Shown here: positions 39,301-49,100 of the stretch, piece by piece
Numbering within the stretch: position 1 is the first letter of the stretch
Layout: each line of letters opens with the position of its first letter
Assembly (NCBI GenBank): GCA_945898015.1
Contig: CAMDGM010000003.1
Span: forward strand, 14,618-78,617
DNA length: 64,000 nucleotides
DNA from: PVC group bacterium
GTDB lineage: Bacteria > Verrucomicrobiota > Kiritimatiellia > CAIKKV01
Direction of reading: 5' to 3'
Translations under genes and position numbers: made by a program
The notes under the pieces: model-generated
Seen by the model: the letters and a program-made list of their open reading frames with translations, nothing else
The model's database searches: none
Told to the model about the DNA's origin: nothing

Positions 39301-39845
39301 CGGGGAAACCATTGAGGGCTCTCGGGATTGGATCACTTACGGATCCGGTTATTCACGACATTTCTGTGGTGAAGGGTTTTGATTTGTTGACGTTTGAACT
39401 GGAGGGTTCCAGTGTCAAGGACTTGTCACCGCTGGCGGGAAAAGCACTCAATAAAATCGCGCTTTATCGTTCGCCCATTTCCGATTTAACGCCGTTGGCG
39501 GGCATGCCGTTGCGGGAAGTGCGATTATGGGGCCTTACGGTAACGGATCTGACCCCGATCAAGAATGAACTGCTGCAACGACTGGAACTGGACTCCCTTC
39601 CTGTAAAAGAGTTGAAACCTCTGGTCGGCTGTCCATTGCAGTCTTTGCGCGTCACCAATATGCCGAAACTCATGGACGCTCAAAACATTCCGGACTATTT
39701 TCCGGACATTCAAGATCTCATGGTGATGGAGTCTCTCGCGAAGCCCGAGTTGTTGAATCGGATGAAGAATCTCAAAAAGTTGACGGTGTTTGCTCCTGGA
39801 GAGGTCGTGGGGCGAGTCGTTCCCGTGAACGCGATCAAGAAATAA
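36378..39845 (+). CDS. Ser/Thr protein kinase with N-terminal zinc ribbon, TM segment, Ala-rich coiled region and C-terminal leucine-rich repeats
   Basis: 'CPKCQ...CPTCGQ' ribbon; kinase 'GEGGMGEVFLARQ','HRDIKPSNVLL','DFGLAK','GTPNYMSPE'; TM 'IGVAAAAGGLVVLAAGLTIWV'; C-terminal LRR consensus (LxxLxLxxxxIxDLxPL). Confidence 0.8.
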   Translation: MFLCPKCQKKLESDGEASGRKVKCPTCGQEMVVPNRELKPGVTLGGFCIVRKIGEGGMGEVFLARQKSLDRDVALKVLTPQLCRDKELVSRFFSEVKVLARLEHHGIVTAHEAGEDGGMFFLAMAFVPGHSLQEQIDKSGAFDEKTALRLVRKMAMALDYAWTDHKLLHRDIKPSNVLLDGRGEPKLVDFGLAKSIDKAEGLTVSGTVMGTPNYMSPEQVRGEGNLDFRADLYSLGATLFHMLTGKMPYAGSSIMETLQKQINEALPDPRTINPAVGKGCVMLLQKMLAKKQDQRPGSWKVLLGDVDRVLAGQEPTGQALKEGESVLLMRGDYRGKTPGSKRASSSGNSPKKWIGVAAAAGGLVVLAAGLTIWVKRRPPAGAPDPVPQAAAPAAVSAAPVAAVPTAAAAKLALEARVQEAAAVAAAQEKARLDVQARQAAEAAAKELAAREQVAKEAAAQEARAKEEAAKAAQLKAAQERFSARQAEVAGLLLKADFAGARENAGTLRYDAALAPVSAEAEALAALVDRIGDPDTVVLRSFEKNKGETVKVEGKTGLAVEMRVLGVSGGRVQTRQVLQGASVDRAFGPGDLSLRERLGRIGDAKTPEAMILRGLMLGVEGGDWVKAKQVLGEAGPGLGEALVAALQAKSASREEQAARQALGVILKTAALPADLNEPGRVMELLAAKPLSPENKDKVRAGVESFLKTYGNSEEAGVARALVEGLKGIDPEVAAKLELAGVFKLAGLTLDLEQTAALLDDIEARGFGKDAAKIQAAAAAFKRDHGKSEIGKQAAPLVAALAAAQEAAPVPFTPVPMLEATEENMKKALAALQAANKKATGISKAEYRVVKDGLCLAIHSAENIQDIRPLAGLPLKTLSLLRAEIKDFTPLTGMPLETLTLNNWKGDKLDSFPDLKELRSLGLSYSSIKSLLPFRRLKLKSLSVNNGRMDKLDGIEGFPLETLSIRNCPVEDLSLLAGKPLRALGIGSLTDPVIHDISVVKGFDLLTFELEGSSVKDLSPLAGKALNKIALYRSPISDLTPLAGMPLREVRLWGLTVTDLTPIKNELLQRLELDSLPVKELKPLVGCPLQSLRVTNMPKLMDAQNIPDYFPDIQDLMVMESLAKPELLNRMKNLKKLTVFAPGEVVGRVVPVNAIKK

Positions 39846-39966
39846 GTTTGGCGGTTTTTCTGACTGCGCCGGATCATCGTGTAATCCGCATTTGCCTTTA
39901 TCCAGGAATTCGTGAATACTCCGGCTTGTGGGATAACCCCATGATAAAAACGAATGGAGTTGCACG

Positions 39967-42066
39967 ATGTTGACCCGATTTCGCTTGATGGCTTTGCTGG
40001 GCGTGTTAGTGGCCGCGGTTTCCGTGAATGGGCAGGAGCCCCCCTCACCGCCGGACACTCCGCCCCAGCCGCAGGTTTGGTGGCCGACGCAACCGAGCCG
40101 GCTTCCCTTTGTGCATACGCTCTTCACCAGTCATATGGTGTTGCAGCGTGACGTGGCGGCGCCGATCTGGGGATGGGGCGCGCCGGGTGAGTCGATTTCC
40201 GTTGTGGTTGCGGATGAGAAGGGTGGCAACCGGGCCACCGCCACCGCCGTGGCCGGGGCGGACGGCAAATGGATGACGAAAATCGGGCCGTTTGCGGCTG
40301 GCGGACCGCTGACGCTCACGATCAAGGGCGCGAAGGAGCAAGTGGTGCTCACGGATGTGCTGGTCGGCGACGTCTGGCTCTGTTCCGGCCAGTCGAACAT
40401 GGGCATTCCGGTGCGCACGGCGGCCAACGCCACGGAAGAGATTGCGCAGGCCAAGTATCCCGGTATCCGGTCTTTCACCGTGGGCTTTTATCCATCGTAT
40501 GTGCCGCTGCCGACTCCTCTTCCGGCGGCCTGGGAGGTTTGCACGCCCGAGACGGTGGCCAGTTTCAGCGCCGTGGGCTATTACTTTGCCCGTGACATTC
40601 ATCAAGCCGAAAAGATTCCCATCGGCATCATTCACAGCTCGGTGGGCGCGACCGCGGCCGAGGTGTGGATCAGCGGGGACGGCCTCCGGAAGTATATGCC
40701 CTACGATTTCCATGATCAACTGGCCACGCTGGCCACGAACATTGGCGATCCTGCGGTTGACTATTTCAAGGAGGTTGAACAGTGGGCGGCGGCCGTGGAT
40801 CCCGAGAGCGCGAAGAAGCAGATCACCTCCGACCCCAACCTGAACACGGCGGACTGGATGGATATGGCGGTGCCCAAGCCCTGGGAAGAGGCGGGGTTGA
40901 GCAACTTTGACGGGATGGTCTGGTTCCGTACGGTTGTCGACATTCCTGCGGCGGTGGCGGGCAAGCCGGCCGTTCTCGCGCTGGGCTCCATCCGGGATAC
41001 GGACATCACCTGGCTGAACGGTACGCTGGTGGGGTGCAACCAGAACAAGGGTTCCTATCGCCGGTATCGGATTAACGGCGCGTTGCTGAAGCCGGGCCGG
41101 AACCTGCTGGTGGTGGCTGTGGTCAACATCAATGGGCCGGGCGGATTTTCGGGGGAGCCGCGCGGCATGATGCTCAACTCGGAGGCCGCCTCCACGAACG
41201 TCCACCTGGCCGGAATCTGGAAGGCCCGGCCGGGGGCCGCCATGAAGGACCTGACGCGCGCCTTTCCCAAGCCCAAAACGGGCTACTATAAAACGATCAC
41301 GGGGCTGTACAACGGGATGATCGGGCCGTTGGCGCCCTTTGCCATCAAGGGGGCCTTGTGGTACCAGGGTGAAGCCAGCTGGCCTTTCTGGCTGCAATAC
41401 CGCCGGCTGCTCCCCGCCTTGATTGCCGATTGGCGGGATCAATTCCAGGTGGGTGAGTTCCCCTTCCTGATCGTGTCGCTCGCGACGCAAGGCGGGAAGC
41501 AGACGCATCCGACCGAGCCGGGGTATGGCGAGGTCCGGGAGGCGATGTGGCGGACGGTCCGCAAAGTTCCCAACACGGGGCTGGCGGTCGCGGCGGATCT
41601 GGGAGACGAGCCGGTATCGAACATCCATCCCAAGAACAAGCAGGATGTCGGGCGGCGACTGGCGATGGTGGCCCGGCAGCTGGTGTATGGCGAAAAAGAG
41701 CTGCTGGTTTCCGGCCCGGAGTTCACCGAGATGATGCTGGAGCGCAAGAATGCGGATCCTGATCCGGCCACCGTGAGCCCCGATAAAGAGTTTGTCAAAG
41801 AATTCAAGACCCGGCTGTATTTCAAGCATGTGGGCGGCGGGCTGGTGTTCAAGCCGGGCAACGCCAAGCCGAACGGGTTTGCGGTCGCCGGCGAGGACAA
41901 GAATTTTGTCTGGGCCGATGCGGTGATCGAGGGCGACACGGTGGTTGTTTCCGCGCCCGGCGTGGTGGTGCCGCGCTATGTCCGGTATGGCTGGGCCTAC
42001 AACCCCATCATCACCCTCTTCAACAAGGAAGGCCTGCCCGCCATTCCCTTCCGTACGGACGAATGA
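39967..42066 (+). CDS. Sialate O-acetylesterase-like (SASA/DUF303) carbohydrate esterase
   Basis: Signal peptide; 'GDVWLCSGQSNM' SGNH nucleophile block; ~700 aa typical of SASA. Confidence 0.65.
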   Translation: MLTRFRLMALLGVLVAAVSVNGQEPPSPPDTPPQPQVWWPTQPSRLPFVHTLFTSHMVLQRDVAAPIWGWGAPGESISVVVADEKGGNRATATAVAGADGKWMTKIGPFAAGGPLTLTIKGAKEQVVLTDVLVGDVWLCSGQSNMGIPVRTAANATEEIAQAKYPGIRSFTVGFYPSYVPLPTPLPAAWEVCTPETVASFSAVGYYFARDIHQAEKIPIGIIHSSVGATAAEVWISGDGLRKYMPYDFHDQLATLATNIGDPAVDYFKEVEQWAAAVDPESAKKQITSDPNLNTADWMDMAVPKPWEEAGLSNFDGMVWFRTVVDIPAAVAGKPAVLALGSIRDTDITWLNGTLVGCNQNKGSYRRYRINGALLKPGRNLLVVAVVNINGPGGFSGEPRGMMLNSEAASTNVHLAGIWKARPGAAMKDLTRAFPKPKTGYYKTITGLYNGMIGPLAPFAIKGALWYQGEASWPFWLQYRRLLPALIADWRDQFQVGEFPFLIVSLATQGGKQTHPTEPGYGEVREAMWRTVRKVPNTGLAVAADLGDEPVSNIHPKNKQDVGRRLAMVARQLVYGEKELLVSGPEFTEMMLERKNADPDPATVSPDKEFVKEFKTRLYFKHVGGGLVFKPGNAKPNGFAVAGEDKNFVWADAVIEGDTVVVSAPGVVVPRYVRYGWAYNPIITLFNKEGLPAIPFRTDE

Positions 42067-42289
42067 GTCTTTCTTCTGTGCAAAGCAGTGGAGGGCGTCG
42101 CGCCGTCGACGCCGTCTTTTCTGGTAGGCCGGGCGCTATGAGCCCGGCGTCTCACACTTTCTGGTGCTTTTCATGACATATCTATTTGTGTAGCCGTGCC
42201 GCGCTCGTAGCGCGCGGCCTACACAGACCGTACGCTTCATTTTATTCACAGCTTCTACGAGCCTGGCTTTTTGTGGTGGTCGGTTGTGT

Positions 42290-42420
42290 CGGTTTCCAGT
42301 GCGGCTCCGTCTCAAAATCGCGACGCCCAGTTCCGCCTGATCGAAACGCCGCAACCCGACGGGTCCTCCCGCCTCGTTCACGTGCCAGCATAGCCGAAAG
42401 GGGCAATCCGTAAGCGAGGA
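42290..42420 (+). repeat. Same dispersed repeat family, copy 6, directly upstream of the second ECF sigma gene
   Basis: 'CGCCTGATCGAAACGCCGCAACCCGACGGGTCCTCCCGCCTCGTTCACGTGCCAGCATAGCCGAAAGGGGCAATCCGTAAG'. Confidence 0.75.
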
Positions 42421-42448
42421 TTAGGGGGCCGGCATTGATATTGACAGC

Positions 42449-43108
42449 GTGCGGACGCTGCTCAATGATGGGGACATGGCCGAGGGAGCAACAACAACGG
42501 ACCGGGCGGAAGACAGCACCTTGGTGCGGCGCGCCAAAGGCGGGGACCTGGCCGCATTCGAATCCCTCGTGTCGCGCCATGAACAGCGCATCTACGGACT
42601 GGCCCGCCGGCTGACCGGCTCGGAGGAGGATGCCCAGGACATCACCCAGCAGACCTTTCTGAGCGTGATGCGGAAGCTGGACGGGTTCCGGGAAGCTGCC
42701 GCCTTTTCCACGTGGCTGTCCACGATCGCGGTGAACACGGCCCTCAAGGTGGTGCGCAAGCGGCGCGGCTTGCCGTCAACCTCCCTCGACGCGGCCGTGG
42801 AGCCCGATCCCGACGGCCACGTCCCGCACCCGGATTACATTGCCGACTGGCGTGACACGCCGGACCGACTGGCCCAGCATGCCGAGACCCGGAAGTTGCT
42901 CGATGCGGCTATCGCGCAACTGGAGCCCGGGCAGCGCGCGGTATTCATGCTCCGGGATGTGGAAGACCTTTCCATCCGGGAGACAGCCAAAGCCCTGCGA
43001 CTCAGCGAAGCGAATGTGAAGGTCCGGTTGCTGCGGGCGCGCCTGCACTTGCGCGAGCGGCTCACCCGGGCCTTTGGCGACAAGGAGATCCTCCATGCCC
43101 ACACCTAA
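42449..43108 (+). CDS. RNA polymerase ECF-type sigma factor (start uncertain, possibly 42476)
   Basis: 'DAQDITQQTFLSVMRKL', 'LSIRETAKALRLSEANVKVRLLRAR'. Confidence 0.8.
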   Translation: MRTLLNDGDMAEGATTTDRAEDSTLVRRAKGGDLAAFESLVSRHEQRIYGLARRLTGSEEDAQDITQQTFLSVMRKLDGFREAAAFSTWLSTIAVNTALKVVRKRRGLPSTSLDAAVEPDPDGHVPHPDYIADWRDTPDRLAQHAETRKLLDAAIAQLEPGQRAVFMLRDVEDLSIRETAKALRLSEANVKVRLLRARLHLRERLTRAFGDKEILHAHT

Positions 43109-43385
43109 AAAAAGCAAGACGACTCATACCATCGGCGGCAAGCATGGCGCCACCTGCGACGAACTCCTCGCTCTCTTGAACGAATATGTGGACGGGGGTG
43201 TGGACATCAAGGCCTGCAAGGAGTTGGAAACCCACCTGGCCGGCTGCAATCCCTGCCGCGTGGTGGTGGACAATATCCGCAAAACCATCACGCTGTATCG
43301 CAAGGACAAGCCCTGCGAGTTGCCTGTCCAATTCCGTGACCGTTTACACGAGACCTTGCGGAAAAGGTGGAAGAAAAAAGGCTGA
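43095..43385 (+). CDS. Zinc-binding anti-sigma factor (ZAS, zf-HC2)
   Basis: 'C...ETHLAGCNPCR' HxxxCxxC motif; start overlaps sigma stop. Confidence 0.6.
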   Translation: MPTPKKSKTTHTIGGKHGATCDELLALLNEYVDGGVDIKACKELETHLAGCNPCRVVVDNIRKTITLYRKDKPCELPVQFRDRLHETLRKRWKKKG

Positions 43386-43487
43386 GTTTCGATTTCCTGT
43401 ATCCTTTCCCGGGCTCGCGGGTCTAATAATTGTACAAGGGCAAAGGGTCTGATAGAAATAAGTCTTATATTAAAGGAGATAGGTCCT

Positions 43488-43706
43488 ATGACAACAGAAC
43501 GATATATCCGCATGGTGGCAGGCGCCTTTGTGGCGGTCAGCGTGGCGCTGGGCTATTGGGTAAATCCAGGCTGGCTTATTTTCACGGCTTTTGTAGGATT
43601 GAATTTGTTCCAGTCTGCCTTCACCGGCATATGTCCTCTGGAGGCGATTCTCAAGAAGTGCGGCGTTCCCTCTGCGGGCGGCGGATGCGGTTGCGGGAAG
43701 AAATGA
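43488..43706 (+). CDS. DUF2892 (YgaP C-terminal-like) small membrane protein with Cys-Gly-rich tail
   Basis: 'YIRMVAGAFVAVSVALGYW...LIFTAFVGLNLFQSAFTGICPL' DUF2892 pattern; C-terminal 'GGGCGCGKK'; AAGGAGA RBS. Confidence 0.6.
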   Translation: MTTERYIRMVAGAFVAVSVALGYWVNPGWLIFTAFVGLNLFQSAFTGICPLEAILKKCGVPSAGGGCGCGKK

Positions 43707-43716
43707 AAGGGCGGCC

Positions 43717-45057
43717 TTGATGAAGCGATCGACCTTGTGGAGCCGGGCTTTCCCGGCTTTTCTTGTTCTCGGTTTGGTTGGCGCCTCCGGCGCCCGGGCC
43801 GTCACGCTCGACGCGTGTATTGCCGCGGCCCTGGACCGCAACCCCGACGTGCGCGGTGCGACCGAGCGCGTGCAGGCTGCCCAGGCGGCCATCCGGGAAG
43901 CCCAGTCAGCCTATTACCCAACCGTGGGCGCCTCGAGCACCTATGCGCGGACCGACAATCCGCCGCAGGCCTTCATGATGATGCTCAACCAGCGGAGCGT
44001 GTCGCTGCAGTCCGATTTCAACAATCCCCCCGACACCGACAACCTGGCCCTCAGCCTGGGGCTGCAGGTCCGGCTCTATGATTTCGGCCGGCGCGAACTC
44101 GACACCCGCATGGCCCGCGACGGGGCCGAACTGTCCCGCCTGGTTCTGCAGGGCCTGCAGAATGAGCTGATTCACCAGGTTACGCGCGGCTATTTTTCCG
44201 TGTTGCAGGCCGCCGCCTTCGTGGCCGTGCGCGAGGAATCGGTCCAGACGTTCGAGGAAAGCCTGCGCGTGGCCCGCGAGCGGCTGAACGCCGGCGGCAC
44301 GGTGAAAACCGACGTGCTGAACCTGGAGGTCCAGCTCGCGCAGGCGAAAGACGACCTGATCCGGGCGAGGAACGGCGTGCAATTGTCGCTCGCGGCCCTG
44401 AATACCGCGATCGGCCAGGGCCTTGTCAGCACCAACAACCTGCCTGCCCGGATGGAACTGCCCGATACCCGGCCCGAGTTTGGGGCGGGTTCTAACGCCG
44501 TGACGGATCGTCCCGAATTCTCAGCCGCTGTGCGTCTCGCGGATGCGCGCGCCGCCGGCGCGCAGAAGGCCCGGCGCCAGTATTGGCCTACCGTGAACGG
44601 GTTCGGGTCCGTGGACTGGAACAGCGAGGCGTCCACCGATTTCGAGCAAAGCTACATGGCCGGCGTGTCGGCCGAGGTGACGCTGTTCGACGGCTTCCGG
44701 CGCCAGGCGGCCGTGGCGGGCGCCGAGGCCGGGGAACGGGCGGCCCGGGAAGATATTCAGAAGGCGGCCAATTCTCTCAAGCTGGATCTGACCACCGCGT
44801 CGTTGCAGGCCGGGGAAGCGTGGGACCGGCTCGAGGTGGCCCGGAAGAGCATCGAAAATGCGGAAGAATCCCTGCGCATCACCCGCGAAAAATACCGCCA
44901 GGGCGCGGCCGACATTCCCGAGCTGCTCACCGCGCAGGTGGGGCTGGCCGGAACCCGCACCCGGAACGTGGCGGCCCTGTATGACTGCCTGACTGCGATG
45001 TCGAACCTGGAGCGGGCGCGCGGCGCGCTGGTCCGCCGCTATGTGAAAGAACTGTAA
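43717..45057 (+). CDS. TolC-family outer-membrane efflux protein
   Basis: Signal peptide; two OEP repeat halves; 'LDACIAAALDRNPDVR'. Confidence 0.8.
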   Translation: MMKRSTLWSRAFPAFLVLGLVGASGARAVTLDACIAAALDRNPDVRGATERVQAAQAAIREAQSAYYPTVGASSTYARTDNPPQAFMMMLNQRSVSLQSDFNNPPDTDNLALSLGLQVRLYDFGRRELDTRMARDGAELSRLVLQGLQNELIHQVTRGYFSVLQAAAFVAVREESVQTFEESLRVARERLNAGGTVKTDVLNLEVQLAQAKDDLIRARNGVQLSLAALNTAIGQGLVSTNNLPARMELPDTRPEFGAGSNAVTDRPEFSAAVRLADARAAGAQKARRQYWPTVNGFGSVDWNSEASTDFEQSYMAGVSAEVTLFDGFRRQAAVAGAEAGERAAREDIQKAANSLKLDLTTASLQAGEAWDRLEVARKSIENAEESLRITREKYRQGAADIPELLTAQVGLAGTRTRNVAALYDCLTAMSNLERARGALVRRYVKEL

Positions 45058-45071
45058 CGAGGAGTTGAGCC

Positions 45072-46097
45072 ATGAAGAAATTCGTCAAACCCGTGCTGGG
45101 CACGGTGGTGCTGGTCGTGTTGATCCTGTGGAGCGTGGGTGTTGGAAAGGCAAAAATGGCGGGAACGCGGATCGATTTCAAGCCCGGCTTGCCGTTGCCG
45201 GCGGAAGCGGCCTTGTTCACGGTCAAGGCCGAATCGCTCGCGCCGCGCGTGGATGTGGTCGGCACCGTGGCCTCGGAGCTCCGGGTCAACCTCAGCGCCC
45301 GGATTCCCGCTACCGTGAAGGAGGTATTTGTGTCCGCCGGCAGTGCGGTCAAAAAAGGGCAACCCCTGCTGACGCTGGACGACCGCGACCTGCGGGAGCA
45401 GGCGACGGCCGCAGAGGCCCAGTTCAAGCAGGCCGAAACCGAGGTCAACCGGACCCGCCGCCTGTTCGAGAGTCAGGCCGCCACCGAACAGGCCCTGACC
45501 GCCGCGCAGTCTCTCTTTGCCGTGGCCCGCGCCCAGTGGGACCGCAGCAAGGTCATGCTGACCTATGCGCAGGTGGAATCGCCCCTGGACGGAGTGGTCA
45601 CCGACCGCCGCGGTGAACCCGGCGACATGGCCGGCCCCGGTCAGGTGCTCCTGGCCGTCTACGATCCCGTCAACCTGCAGCTTGAAGTGCCCGTGCCGGT
45701 GCGGCTGCTCGGCAAATTACCGGTCGGCCAGGCCGTGGAGGTGACCCTGGACCGCTCCGCCTACGTGTATCAAGGCCGTGTGCGGCAGATCGTCAGCGAG
45801 GTCGACCCGCTCAGCCGCACCCAGCTCGTGAAGGTTCACATCGAGGGGACGGATGCCAGTGTGCTGCCAGGTACCTTCGGTCGCCTCTGGGTGGCCGACG
45901 ACGCCCGCGAGGCTATCATGATCCCGGTTGCCGCGATCTATTCGGTCGGGCAGATCGAGATGGTTCAGGTGGTCCGGGAGGGCCGCGCCCTCCGGCGTTC
46001 GGTCCGGACCGGCCTGCGCACCGGCGATTTTGTGGAGGTGCTCTCCGGCCTTGCCGGTGGCGACTCGGTGCTCCTCAATCCGGTGAAGGAGAACTGA
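45072..46097 (+). CDS. RND efflux periplasmic adaptor (membrane-fusion protein)
   Basis: N-terminal TM; HlyD-like lipoyl/beta-barrel blocks 'VVGTVASELRVNLSARIPATVKEVFVSAGSAVKKGQPL'. Confidence 0.8.
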   Translation: MKKFVKPVLGTVVLVVLILWSVGVGKAKMAGTRIDFKPGLPLPAEAALFTVKAESLAPRVDVVGTVASELRVNLSARIPATVKEVFVSAGSAVKKGQPLLTLDDRDLREQATAAEAQFKQAETEVNRTRRLFESQAATEQALTAAQSLFAVARAQWDRSKVMLTYAQVESPLDGVVTDRRGEPGDMAGPGQVLLAVYDPVNLQLEVPVPVRLLGKLPVGQAVEVTLDRSAYVYQGRVRQIVSEVDPLSRTQLVKVHIEGTDASVLPGTFGRLWVADDAREAIMIPVAAIYSVGQIEMVQVVREGRALRRSVRTGLRTGDFVEVLSGLAGGDSVLLNPVKEN

Positions 46098-46101
46098 GGT
46101 C

Positions 46102-49100
46102 ATGGAAAACGAGACCAAGCACTCCGCGGTCGGGGGGATCATCGACGCCTTTCTCAAGGGAAACCTGGCGGTCCTGCTGATCATCATTTCTTTGGCGGCG
46201 GGCGCGGCGGCGCTCTTCCTTACGCCGCGCGAGGAGGAGCCGCAGATCGTGGTGCCCCTGGCCGACGTGATGGTGATGTATCCCGGCGGCTCGGCCCAGG
46301 AGGTGGAGCGCCTGGTATCGTCACGGCTCGAGCGGATGCTCTACCAGATCGACGGCGTGGAGTATGTTTACTCCATGTCCCGGCCCGGTATGGCCGTGGT
46401 GACCGTGCGTTTCGCGGTGGGGCAGAACCGCGAGCAGAGCCTGATTAAGCTCTACAACAAGCTCTTCCAGAATATCGATAAGACCACGCCCGGCATTGCC
46501 GGCTGGTTCGTGAAGCCGATCGAGATCGACGATGTGCCCATCGTGAACGTGGCCCTGTATAGTGATCGCTACGACGAACACGTCCTATACCGGGTGGGCG
46601 AGGAAGTGGTGGCGCGCCTGCAGCGCATTCCCAACACGGCGGCTATCACCTTGCACGGGGGGCAGAGCCGGGTGCTGCAAGTCTATCTCGACATGGAACG
46701 GCTGGCGGCCTACGGGTTCACCCCCATGGAGATCGCGGGCGCGCTCAAGGTTTCGAACGCGCAGGGCGAAAGCGGGGGCTTCGACCAGGCCAACGCCTCT
46801 TTGCGTGTGCAGGCCGGCCCGTTCCTGAGTAGCGCCGCCGAGGTGCGCAACCTGATGGTGGGCATCCACGACAACCGGCCCGTCTACCTGCGCGATGTGG
46901 CGCGGGTCGAGGATGGTCCTGCCGAACTCACGACCTATAGCCGCATCGGATTCGGCGCCGCGGCCGGCTCTGCGGCTCCGAGCCTGACGGCCCGACCGTC
47001 GTATCCCGCGATCACGCTGGCCGTGGCCAAAAAGAAGGGCAGCAATGCGGTCTGGGTGGCGAAAGAGGTCGAGGCGGCCCTGGCCGAGATGCGCGGCAAG
47101 ATCATTCCCGACGAAATCCAGGTCCGCGTGACGCGCGACTACGGGGCCACCGCGAATGACAAAGTCAACGGACTCGTCGAAAGCCTGGTGGAGGCCATCA
47201 TCACGGTCATCGTGCTGATCGCCATCGCCATGACCTGGCGGGTCAGCCTGATCGTGGCGCTGGCCATTCCGATCACCTATGCGCTGACGCTCCTGGTCAA
47301 TTATCTCGCCGGCTACACGATCAATCGCGTCACGCTCTTTGCGCTTATTCTCGCGCTCGGCCTGCTGGTGGACGATCCGATCGTGGCGGTGGAAAACATC
47401 TACCGGCATCTGGCCATGAAGCGCTTTCCGCGCCTGAAAGCCATCTCGATGGCTATGAACGAGGTCATGCCGCCCGTCATCCTGGCCACGCTGGCCGTGA
47501 TTGCGGCGTTCCTGCCCCTGTTCTTCATCTCCGGCATGATGGGCCCCTACATGCGCCCCATGGCCCTCAATGTTCCGCTCGCCATGCTGGCGTCGATGCT
47601 GGTTTCCTTCGCCATCACGCCGTGGGTGTCCAGCAAGCTCCTGCCCGAGCATGCCGCCGGCGAGGAGGAGTATGATTTGAAGCGTACCCTTACCTACCGC
47701 CTCTATCACCGCGCCATGCGGCCTTTTGCGGATTCGCGGCGCAACGGCAAGCTGTTGCTCGCGGGCACCGGCGTTCTGTTTGTCCTGTCCATGCTCCTGG
47801 TCCCGACCGGCGGCGTGCCGCTCAAGATGTTGCCCTTCGACAACAAGAACGAGTTCCAGATGCTCGTGGATATGCCTGAGTCCGCCACGCTCGAGACGAC
47901 CGACGCCGTGGTGCGGGACTTGGAGGACTACCTGAGAACCATGCCCGAGGTGACGGACTTCACCTCGCTGGTGGGCGCCGGTTCGCCGATGGATTTCAAC
48001 GGGCTGGTGCGGCACTATTACCTGCGGCAGGGCCCGCACGTGGCGGACCTGCGGGTGAACCTGGTGAACCGCACCGAACGCGCGATGGACAGTCATTCCA
48101 TCACCCTGCGCATCCGCCGGGATGTGGCCGCGATCGAGAAGCGGTGGGGCGCGCGCATCAAGCTGGTGGAAACGCCGCCCGGCCCGCCGGTGCTTTCCAC
48201 CGTGGTTGCCGAGATTCGCGGCCGGCCGCATCACGAGTACCAGGATTTGGTCAACGCGGCGGAGACGGTCAAGGCCAGTCTGGCCCAGGAGCCGGGGGTG
48301 GTGGACGTGGACGACACGGTGGAAGCCAATCAGGCTGAATTTTTCTTCCGGGTGGACCGCGAGAAGGCGGGGCTGAACGGGATTTCGACGGAGGACATCA
48401 CGCAGACGCTCGGGTTGGCGCTGGCCGGCATGCCCGGCGGCACGCTGCACGTCCCGGGCCAGCAGAACGAAGTCCCGATTGTGCTGAGGTTGCCGCGTGA
48501 GAAGCGGTCCGACCTGGCCCTGCTCAAGAATATTGTGGTCAAGGGACGCGGCGGTCGGTCGGTGCAACTGGGCGAGTTGGGGAGCTTCGAGCGTAAGACG
48601 GTTGACAAGACGATCTTCCACAAGAACCTGGAGCGCGTGGTGTATGTGACGGCTGAGATGGCGGGGCGGGGCCCGGCCTATGCCGTGCTCAGCCAGCAGA
48701 AGCATTTTGCCGCCCACCCGCTGCCCGCAGGGTTGACCCTCGACTGGCGCGGGGAGGGGGAGTGGAAGATCACGCTGGATGTGTTCCGGGATCTGGGCAT
48801 TGCCTTTGCGGCGGCGCTGGTTGTGATCTATGTGCTGCTTGTGTATGAAACCGGCTCGTATGTGCTGCCCGGGGTCATCATGACGTCCATCCCCCTCACG
48901 CTGATCGGCATTATGCCCGGTTTCTGGCTGCTCAATCTCCTGGTGGACCGGCCGGTGGGCGGCTTTGGCAATCCGGTCTTCTTCACGGCCACAGCCATGA
49001 TCGGCATGATTGCGTTGGCGGGGATCGTGGTGCGGAACGGCATTCTGCTGGTGGATTTCATCCGCAACGCGGTGGAGCGGGGGGCCAGCGTGCGAGACGC

